Made by a program: the position numbers and the translations under genes. Of a stretch of DNA of 64,000 nucleotides, positions 7,625 to 15,204 are shown one piece after another. Numbering within the stretch: position 1 is the stretch's first letter; each line of letters starts with the position of its first letter. Below the pieces are notes generated by a model. It was not told the DNA's origin, made no database searches, and saw only the letters and a list, made by a program, of their open reading frames with translations. The DNA comes from Candidatus Thorarchaeota archaeon. GTDB taxonomy: Archaea > Asgardarchaeota > Thorarchaeia > Thorarchaeales > Thorarchaeaceae. Location of the stretch: the NCBI GenBank assembly GCA_048882045.1, contig JBHLRZ010000003.1, forward strand, positions 136,192-200,191, written 5' to 3'.

Positions 7625-9055
7625 ATGACCTCAACTCGATCTGTTCCAGAATACAACTATTCATTGGAAGATCTGCACTGGATACCAGCATTCATTGAGG
7701 AGGTCAAGGACTTCTTCTTTGCAAGACCACAGGACAACCTCCTCATTCTAAGACCAAACAAGACGATGAGCCTGAATGAAACAGCCATGAGAATGTTGAA
7801 GAAACTTATGGACAAGGAGCCGATTGAGAAGATTGTTGCACACTTCGTGGATGCTGGAGGAGAAGAACAGAAGGTCATCAACGATTTGGCAGCATTTGTA
7901 GACGACCTTCGAAACATGACAATAGGAAACCAGAACATCTACAGCTACAGGACAGCAAAGATAGTCCCCTTCGGAGAGGGTGAGATCAAGTACCCTGTCT
8001 TGAGCGAGATTGCACTCACCTATCGTTGCAACAACAAGTGTAGATTCTGCTACGCATACTCTCCGTTCCGAGAGTCAGGAGAAATGACAACAGAAGAGGT
8101 CAAGCGAGTCATTGACATCATAGTTGATGATGCACACGTACCAAGTCTTTCCTTCACCGGAGGAGAGCCAACACTGAGAGAAGACCTCTTCGAGCTGATC
8201 ACTCATGCGAGAAACAGAGAATTACGAGTCAACCTGATCACCAATGGCATTCGGTGTCATGACAAGGCATTTGTCCAACGACTTGTCGATGCTGGATTGA
8301 ACAGTGCACAGGTTTCAATAGAGGGACCAGATGCAGAAACGCACGACTACATAGTCGGGATTCCTGGAGCCTTTGACAAGACTGTCCAAGGAATCAAGAA
8401 TCTACGAGAAACAGACATCTATACACATTGTAACACAACGATATGTCGTCCCAACTTGGACAAGCTCGAAGACCTTGTGGACTTTCATGCTGATGAATTG
8501 GGTTTGACATACTTCAGCATGAACATGGTCATCTACACAGGTACTGCAGCAAAGTTGAGAGATGAACTCCAGGTGAAGTACTCTGAGATCAGAGAGATCG
8601 TCAAACGAGTAAAGAAACGAGCGAACAAGAAAGGCATTCAGTTTGTCTGGTATGCACCTACTCCTGTCTGTCTATTCAATCCAATCGCTCATGGTCTCGG
8701 TGCGAAGAGTTGTGCTTGCTGTGATGGATTGCTCTCTGTTGATGCAGAAGGGGGCTTATTGCCTTGCTCGAGCTTCAGCGAACCTGTTGGTAACATATTG
8801 CACGAGGGTTTCGAGAAGGTATGGTACAATCGTGCCTCCCAGTTTTGGAGGGCGAAAGACTTTGCGCCAGAAGGGTGCAAAGCTTGTGACCACTTTGACT
8901 ATTGCTATGGTGCCTGTCCACTCTATTGGGATGTCCATGGATTTGATGAGATAAAGGAATACTGGCCTAAGAAGAGTAAAGTCAGAGAGAGAATTGATGA
9001 AGCCAGATTGAATCTGAGAAGACGCATCCGAGGAGATCAACACGGCATTACATAA
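7625..9055 (+). CDS. Radical SAM/SPASM peptide or protein maturase with N-terminal PqqD-like RiPP recognition element
   Basis: N-terminal LLILRPNKTMSLNETAMRMLKKLMDKEPIEKIV...DLAAFVDDL (PqqD/RRE pattern); CNNKCRFC; FTGGEP; SPASM CACCDG...PC and CKACDHFDYCYGAC. Confidence 0.92.
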   Translation: MTSTRSVPEYNYSLEDLHWIPAFIEEVKDFFFARPQDNLLILRPNKTMSLNETAMRMLKKLMDKEPIEKIVAHFVDAGGEEQKVINDLAAFVDDLRNMTIGNQNIYSYRTAKIVPFGEGEIKYPVLSEIALTYRCNNKCRFCYAYSPFRESGEMTTEEVKRVIDIIVDDAHVPSLSFTGGEPTLREDLFELITHARNRELRVNLITNGIRCHDKAFVQRLVDAGLNSAQVSIEGPDAETHDYIVGIPGAFDKTVQGIKNLRETDIYTHCNTTICRPNLDKLEDLVDFHADELGLTYFSMNMVIYTGTAAKLRDELQVKYSEIREIVKRVKKRANKKGIQFVWYAPTPVCLFNPIAHGLGAKSCACCDGLLSVDAEGGLLPCSSFSEPVGNILHEGFEKVWYNRASQFWRAKDFAPEGCKACDHFDYCYGACPLYWDVHGFDEIKEYWPKKSKVRERIDEARLNLRRRIRGDQHGIT

Positions 9056-9059
9056 GGGG

Positions 9060-10187
9060 TTGGCATCTATGAAAGTGACAGACCTGCTTAGTCCAGCTGC
9101 AATAATCGACATTGATAGATTAGATACCAACATCGAAGCAATGGCTTTGAAAGCTGAAGAGAACGGAGTGGGTCTCAGACCACACATCAAGACCCACAAA
9201 TGCATTGAAATTGGCAACCGTCAGAAGGAGGCTGGAGCCAAAGGCATCACGGTCTCTACACCTGCTGAGGCTCAAGCTTTTGCAGAAGCTGGTTTCACTG
9301 ACATAACATATGCAGTTCCACTTGCACCTGACAAGTTCGATACAATGCTTAGTATTTCAAAGAAGGTTCATCTGAATGTGCTTGTTGACAACATCACTAT
9401 AGTAGATCTGCTTGCAAAGTTCTCAACAGAAAATAATGCTGACTTCGGTGTCTTACTCAAGGTTAATTGTGGAAATTATCGGGTCGGAGTAGATCCGACA
9501 AGCCAGTCCGCTCTAAAATTGGCAGAAGAGATTTCACGCAAGCTGAACTTCGAGGGAATCCTCGCCCATGCAGGCCAATCGTATTCTGCAAGGTCAATTG
9601 GTGAGATCAAGAGAATTGCTGAGCACGAGCAAGATGTCATGATCAATTTCGCGAATTCACTGAGAGTGGAAGGTATTCAAACAAAAACCGTCAGTATCGG
9701 GTCTACTCCCACAGCAAGCTTGGCGGATTCCTTCAGAGAAGGAATTACGGAGATTAGACCTGGCAACTACGTTTTCTTCGATTACACTCAAGCTGCCTTA
9801 GGCGTCTGTGAGCTCAATGATATTGCTCTCACAGTTTTGGCGAGTGTAATCAGTACTTCACCTGGAAGGGTAATCATCGATGCTGGAGCAACAGCTCTCT
9901 CAAAGGACCTTGGTCCAACTCAGATCGATGAATCTGGCGGATATGGAAAGATCATCAAAGACTATCACACCTCCACCATTGAAGAAGAGTTCATTCTCAG
10001 CTCATTATCTCAAGAGCATGGTAAAATCAGTATAGCAACAGAACACAGTCTGAAACCGGGTGACGCTGTCAGGATATTTCCAAACCATTCTTGCCTCACA
10101 GTCAATCTCTATGATCAATACTATATTGTTCAAAATGATTCTGTGGTTGACAAGTGGAAGATTCAGCGTCAACGTCTTGCTTCATGA
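9060..10187 (+). CDS. PLP-dependent enzyme, D-threonine aldolase / D-serine dehydratase (DSD1) family
   Basis: RPHIKTHK (PLP lysine), SIGSTPT, EIRPGNYVFFD, SQEHG, PNHSC. Confidence 0.9.
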   Translation: MASMKVTDLLSPAAIIDIDRLDTNIEAMALKAEENGVGLRPHIKTHKCIEIGNRQKEAGAKGITVSTPAEAQAFAEAGFTDITYAVPLAPDKFDTMLSISKKVHLNVLVDNITIVDLLAKFSTENNADFGVLLKVNCGNYRVGVDPTSQSALKLAEEISRKLNFEGILAHAGQSYSARSIGEIKRIAEHEQDVMINFANSLRVEGIQTKTVSIGSTPTASLADSFREGITEIRPGNYVFFDYTQAALGVCELNDIALTVLASVISTSPGRVIIDAGATALSKDLGPTQIDESGGYGKIIKDYHTSTIEEEFILSSLSQEHGKISIATEHSLKPGDAVRIFPNHSCLTVNLYDQYYIVQNDSVVDKWKIQRQRLAS

Positions 10188-10203
10188 TTTCTAGAGTTCT
10201 GCG

Positions 10204-11094
10204 GTGTTTTTATACAACAACACGGAAGTGACCCATGAGGGTATACTGTTGAGTAGTGGGGATATACAACTAAATGTGCTGAAGCATATCGAGAGTCTAG
10301 AAGAGGGAATACCTCAGATCTATGGAAACATGGCTGTAACGGGTCTGAGTGACGTAAACGCAGAACTGTTCAACGGAATCATTTCGACTCAGATAGCTCT
10401 CGAAGTAGGGAACATGCAAGTTGAGGAGTCAGGTAATGTTCCGAGTCTCCGGTTCAACGCAGAACAACCAACTCTGATACGTTGCGGTGAGGGAGTTCTT
10501 GGAGGAGGTCTGCAGGACAGGATCATAGCTGAAAGCATGGTCATTGAAGGGAATCGATCTCTCAACGTGTTTTGCATTGAAGCAGGTCGATGGTCTGCAA
10601 AGACTGGAGAGTGGTTACATACAAACACACCTGTTTCAATGCGGCGGGCGATACTAGGGGGGCGAGATCAAAGGTATGTTTGGAGTGAGGTCCAGAGAAT
10701 TCTTGGATCTTGGGGTGTGCACTCAGGAACCAGTGCATTAGGAGAACTCTATGTGAATCATGGATTTGCATTCGAAAAGTTAGCTACGAGATTTGATTGG
10801 TCTGACGATGATGTGGGAATGATTGTCACAATTGATGGCAAGGTTCATGGAATAGAGATCTTTGGAGACAAGATGGGTCTGAGAAGAGACTATGCATCAA
10901 TCCTCAAAGAGAGTTATGCACCAATAGCACTACAAACTGCAAGTGGAAAATCGATGTCATATGAGGATGTCCACGACGCCATCAATGAATTCTTCTCCGA
11001 ACTCCATGCTGGTACTCGCTATGCACAGGTTGTGAACCACATGGAAATCTGGCTTATGCGTGTGCAGTATGAAAGTTTCACTTCAAACGATTGA
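10204..11094 (+). CDS. ARPP-1/DUF6569-like protein; C-terminus possibly frameshifted
   Basis: GEGVLGGGLQDRII, VFCIEAGRW, QRYVWSEV, GMIVTIDGKVHGIEIF. Confidence 0.65.
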   Translation: MFLYNNTEVTHEGILLSSGDIQLNVLKHIESLEEGIPQIYGNMAVTGLSDVNAELFNGIISTQIALEVGNMQVEESGNVPSLRFNAEQPTLIRCGEGVLGGGLQDRIIAESMVIEGNRSLNVFCIEAGRWSAKTGEWLHTNTPVSMRRAILGGRDQRYVWSEVQRILGSWGVHSGTSALGELYVNHGFAFEKLATRFDWSDDDVGMIVTIDGKVHGIEIFGDKMGLRRDYASILKESYAPIALQTASGKSMSYEDVHDAINEFFSELHAGTRYAQVVNHMEIWLMRVQYESFTSND

Positions 11095-11788
11095 CGATCT
11101 TGTGTCCACAGTAAGGACAAGTTTCCTCTTCACCAGGTAAAACAGGCGCGTCCAGCTTACCATCACAATTTGGACACTCAGTGATTGCCTTAGGAAGCTG
11201 TGATACGGCTTCTTGTGTATAGATTACACGTGAGTTCTCATCAATCACTCCCCTGAACTTTCCTGACTTTGATAGCTCTTTCATTGCGTCGACGATTTGT
11301 TCATCGGAAGCTTCTGTAACTTTCGAAATCTGGTCAAAGGTCATTCTTCTCTGAGCATAGAGAAGGTGCAGGAGACTCTCCTTTAATGACACAGCCTTGG
11401 GACTGACTATCTCATAAGCGGCTCGATCAAGATAGACCAGAGGTATACGACGAGTTGCAAGCTTCTCAGCAGCATCAGCGACTGTTTCAGAATCCACATC
11501 TAGCTCCTTAGCAGCAGCGTCGACACTGATTCTACCCTCCTTCTGGACAAGAGAAATCAAGTCTCCCGATACATCACCGATTCGAGCTTCACGAGTTCCT
11601 TTGGCAATCAACCAAAGACCAGCAATCAGCTCAGGAAGTGCAAGGATTGACCAGGCAATCATACCAGATGCAATCAGCGTCATGATTTCACCACCAACAG
11701 TCATCGTACTCTGATAGACAATCAGAGTCATTGCTCCGCACACAATCACGAGTATGATGCCTAGAAACTGCGCAAGTCTTGGATTCAC
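11078..11788 (-). CDS. 2-TM membrane protein with tandem winged-helix (PCI-like) domains and C-terminal zinc ribbon
   Basis: Two N-terminal TMs; GRISVDAAAKELDV; GKFRGVIDENSRVIY; CPNC...CPYC. Confidence 0.7.
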   Translation of the reverse strand: MNPRLAQFLGIILVIVCGAMTLIVYQSTMTVGGEIMTLIASGMIAWSILALPELIAGLWLIAKGTREARIGDVSGDLISLVQKEGRISVDAAAKELDVDSETVADAAEKLATRRIPLVYLDRAAYEIVSPKAVSLKESLLHLLYAQRRMTFDQISKVTEASDEQIVDAMKELSKSGKFRGVIDENSRVIYTQEAVSQLPKAITECPNCDGKLDAPVLPGEEETCPYCGHKIVNRLK

Positions 11789-11995
11789 GTCACTCTCTCT
11801 CCGACCTTTTCAGAAATGTGGAACCAATTATAGATTCCGACTCACGAAATCATGGAAAATTGGCCAATAAGGGGAATTTTCATCAAAAATGGAGCCCATT
11901 AAGTACAATCTCCATCTAACAGAATCCAAGCCTTCCCGACGGATAAGTTATATATACAGAGACAGAACACAAATGAAGTACAGACCCTGAAGGAC

Positions 11996-12424
11996 GTGTA
12001 TGAATCTTTGGTGATTGATAAAGAAGGGGCTACGAGTGCTATCATTCTACATCTGACACCCGGTGAACCGGTTGTCTTTCCAGCTGAATTTGTGGCAGAT
12101 ATAGGGGAAAAAGCAGGGCTAGTGGTCATGCACCACAAAGACCGCGTCGTCAAAATCTTCCCTGTTGCCAATGAGGACATCTATCTGCTCAGGATCGAGA
12201 TAAGTGATCTGTCTCGTAACTTCTTGAAGCAGCTGAACTTTGCGTTCAACGACGCCAAGCTGAGTGACATCATATTCACCACCGGCGTATGTCTTCGTGG
12301 CGAGAGATGCTACTATGAGTGCTACTTCATTCCAGACCAACTGGTTGTGACACTCAACGAGCTTGAAGACAGCCTGAAGAAGATTCCTGGAGTTTCCAGA
12401 GTCGTCTTGAGAAAGGTCGCATAA
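11996..12424 (+). CDS. Hypothetical protein with ACT-like C-terminal domain
   Basis: IIFTTGVC...ELEDSLKKIPGVSRVVL; TATA-like TTATATATA near 11948. Confidence 0.6.
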   Translation: MYESLVIDKEGATSAIILHLTPGEPVVFPAEFVADIGEKAGLVVMHHKDRVVKIFPVANEDIYLLRIEISDLSRNFLKQLNFAFNDAKLSDIIFTTGVCLRGERCYYECYFIPDQLVVTLNELEDSLKKIPGVSRVVLRKVA

Positions 12425-12536
12425 TCCGATGTCGATGGACCGTAAGGACGGTCTAGAGCGGTAGTTGTGCCCAAAGAATCGACCTTACTAGGTCCAGAGA
12501 GAGCCTCTGCCCTTGGTATGAGGCTCACTATGCCTT
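12419..12536 (-). ncRNA. Candidate structured RNA (multi-hairpin) between convergent genes
   Basis: Three perfect hairpins plus terminal pairing GCAUAGU/AUUAUGC on the minus strand. Confidence 0.35.
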
Positions 12537-12559
12537 TTTGTTTAACTATAAACAAGGGT

Positions 12560-12961
12560 TTACATGTCATCCTTATTAGTTGAAACGAAATCAGTGTTGT
12601 AGAGATAAGAGATTGTTGTAATCATAGGAACAATGAATAGCAGAGAGTAAAGAACTCTAAACGCGTTGATAGTGATAACATAATCAACAAGAAATGTCAT
12701 AGCAATCCCTAAACAGTTATAGAGAATATGGAACAAGAGCCAGTTTTTGGTCCGCTTTCTGTCAGGTTCTGTGTCTATTTCGAAAGCAGATATGAGAGCC
12801 AACATTCCAATCAGATGTTGAGCAGGAGCTATGCCTGAAAAAAGAACATTGACTTCAGGAATCAGTCTAAGAAACATACCAGATAGTAACAAAATTCCTT
12901 GAAACACGAAAATAGCTGTGTAATATCGTTTTGATCCCTGTTGGTCGTTGATTTCCTCCAT
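12560..12961 (-). CDS. 4-TM hypothetical membrane protein
   Basis: 133 aa with four hydrophobic stretches. Confidence 0.6.
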   Translation of the reverse strand: MEEINDQQGSKRYYTAIFVFQGILLLSGMFLRLIPEVNVLFSGIAPAQHLIGMLALISAFEIDTEPDRKRTKNWLLFHILYNCLGIAMTFLVDYVITINAFRVLYSLLFIVPMITTISYLYNTDFVSTNKDDM

Positions 12962-12998
12962 GTTCTAGGGTTGAACATTCATGAAGATATTTTCTTTT

Positions 12999-13835
12999 CT
13001 ACAAGAGTTCCAAACCTTCTTTCCTGAGCTCCCTATAATTCCGGAGGTTGTCTGGAATGTAGGCATCCAGGAACACGTTCAGTATGTTCTCTGAATCTCG
13101 CTCGATTCCATAGCTCTTGAAGTACTTGAGAACATTCTTGATGTCTCGACGAAGCATAAGCTCAACCTTGTTCATGTCTGACCACTTGTTGACAACCTCA
13201 CCTTGTGGCATGTCAATGATCCATGGACTATCCTGCCACCAGAGGATGTTGTAACCACTAAGGTCCCCATGAACGTAATGTGCTTCGCTGTACATGAGAA
13301 GATACTGGTCTAGAACCTCGTTCATCACAGCCTCTGGATCTTCAAGCTCTACTTCACGGAGTTGTGGTGCTGGATTTTCTCCATCACCAATGAACCTCAT
13401 AGTGAGATAGTTTGCAACCCGTGAGATAGGAGTAGGAACCCTGACTCCAGCCTTGTAGCAGGCCTGAAGAATGTCGAACTCCTGAACTGCTATGTCCTCC
13501 ACAAGACCAAGAATCCATCTTGTCTTCTTTCCACTGGACTCACGGATGTATCCTTTGCCCATTGATAGCTTGTGGGGAGTAGCCCAGAGTCGATAGGCCT
13601 TTAGGATGATAGGATGGTCATTCCATGTAGCAAGAAAGATTGAGGCCTCCTTTCCTGCACTCATAGGATAAAGCACATCGTGAGCCAGTCCAAACCGGAT
13701 TGCATCATCACGGATCTCCTTGAACTTCGGTTCTTCGATTGTGGCTTTCCCGCAAGTACCACCTCGAATAGCATCACGTTTCTGATCAATAGCACTCCCT
13801 TTTGAGAGAGGATTGAACTTGTCGACACGACTCAT
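12999..13835 (-). CDS. RIO1-family atypical Ser/Thr kinase/ATPase (copy 2)
   Basis: AGKEASIF, HGDLSGYNIL, IIDMPQ, RRDIKNV. Confidence 0.9.
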   Translation of the reverse strand: MSRVDKFNPLSKGSAIDQKRDAIRGGTCGKATIEEPKFKEIRDDAIRFGLAHDVLYPMSAGKEASIFLATWNDHPIILKAYRLWATPHKLSMGKGYIRESSGKKTRWILGLVEDIAVQEFDILQACYKAGVRVPTPISRVANYLTMRFIGDGENPAPQLREVELEDPEAVMNEVLDQYLLMYSEAHYVHGDLSGYNILWWQDSPWIIDMPQGEVVNKWSDMNKVELMLRRDIKNVLKYFKSYGIERDSENILNVFLDAYIPDNLRNYRELRKEGLELL

Positions 13836-14626
13836 ATTCGTGCGACCTCCTCAGCGAAGTGCCTCTGGTTATGTGGAACATACTCTGACAGAAAGACATC
13901 GAGTATCTCATCAGGGTTTCGTCTAATCCCATACTTCTTGAAGTACGATAGGACATTGACTATGTCTCGTCTGAGTAATGACACTATGTTCTTCATGTCA
14001 GACCATGGTCCGACCTTGCAAGCCTGTGGCATGTCAATGATCCAAGGACTATTCTGCCACCAGAGGATATTGTAACTACTCAAGTCCCCATGCACATAAT
14101 TGGCATCCCGATACATGAGGAGATAATCGTCAAGTATCTTGTCCAATACAAGATCGGGTTCCTCAAGCTGGACATTTCGCAATTGGGGTGCAGGTTCTAG
14201 ACCGTCACCAATGAAACGCATTGTGAGATAGTTGCCCACTCTACCGATTGGAGTTGGTACTTTCATACCTGCCTTGAAACAAGCACTGAGTAGGTCATAC
14301 TCCTTTGCAGCCAAGACCTGCATTCTCCCAGGAGCGAAGAATCCTTTCTTTTTCTTTGCCTGAGATGTGTTCCAGAACCTGAATGCTTTGAGGATGATGG
14401 GATGATCCTTCCACATTGCCAAGAATATCGAGGCTTCTTTCCCTGCGTTCATCTGGTACAATATCTCAGTAGCCAAGCCAAACTTGACAGCGTCTTCCTT
14501 CACTTCATCCAGAGTGATCTCACTGATCTGGACTGTCCATCCTCTCTGATTACCTCGCTGGGCATCTCTCTTAATGGAGAGGGCATCAGGCTTTCTCGGA
14601 TTGAGCTTCTCAACCACTCCGGCCAT
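13832..14626 (-). CDS. RIO1-family atypical Ser/Thr kinase/ATPase (copy 1)
   Basis: AGKEASIF, HGDLSSYNIL, IIDMPQ; ATGA overlap with copy 2. Confidence 0.9.
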   Translation of the reverse strand: MAGVVEKLNPRKPDALSIKRDAQRGNQRGWTVQISEITLDEVKEDAVKFGLATEILYQMNAGKEASIFLAMWKDHPIILKAFRFWNTSQAKKKKGFFAPGRMQVLAAKEYDLLSACFKAGMKVPTPIGRVGNYLTMRFIGDGLEPAPQLRNVQLEEPDLVLDKILDDYLLMYRDANYVHGDLSSYNILWWQNSPWIIDMPQACKVGPWSDMKNIVSLLRRDIVNVLSYFKKYGIRRNPDEILDVFLSEYVPHNQRHFAEEVARI

Positions 14627-14951
14627 TATGCCACCTCATACTGACTGAAACGACACCCATGGCTTAAGCCTGGTACGTGCTGCAAGAGAGGAGCTTTCCG
14701 CTTCTCTGGACTCTTTTTGTCCGAACGTCTGCTTTCACCGGCACCGTTGTTAGTTGTCGATGACCGGTTTACTTTGTGATTGTTAGTATACAACTTTTGT
14801 TTCACTCTCATCGGCTGAGCGTCACGCATCATAATTCGTAGCACAATAGAACCACAAGAAGTCGAAACCCACAACATACGTTGTGCCTCAATGGCATTCA
14901 AACACGATGCGTAGAATGAATGAATGAGCACACAGAAGCAGCGAAAGTCAG

Positions 14952-15008
14952 TCAGACTTTCTCAACGTCGGTGCGGATCACAACTACAGTTTCTTCTCTT
15001 ACAATCAT
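14952..15008 (-). CDS. Candidate 18-aa leader peptide MIVREETVVVIRTDVEKV
   Basis: TATA-like box at 15059-15064 and GGAGG at 15021-15025 upstream; TGA stop lies in the loop of the GAAAGTC/GACTTTC hairpin. Confidence 0.45.
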   Translation of the reverse strand: MIVREETVVVIRTDVEKV

Positions 15009-15204
15009 GTGTTCAAAGCACCTCCGTTAACCAATTGATTCGAGTTCGAGATTGGAAGTATATAGGGTTTCCGGTCACAGTAGGAATAGTCGATTGAAAC
15101 CACAGCCCATAGGGAAGGATTTATCTCCAATACACGCCGCCGTTTCACGCTTTCCGCGTGAGAGTTTAGCTATCCTTAACGCATCGATTGGATGATGAAG
15201 TAAA

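Noticed and set aside
12419-12536. Structured element as tRNA, tRNA-Sec or hammerhead ribozyme
   Set aside because: No T-loop TTCRA, no 7-nt anticodon loop and no CUGANGA/GAAA core.
14626-14931. 101-aa ORF upstream of the RIO kinases as a normal protein
   Set aside because: No recognisable fold and atypical composition; kept only as a possible coupling uORF.
14952-14954. UGA plus hairpin as a selenocysteine site
   Set aside because: Readthrough meets another UGA after 17 codons and there is no redox motif context.
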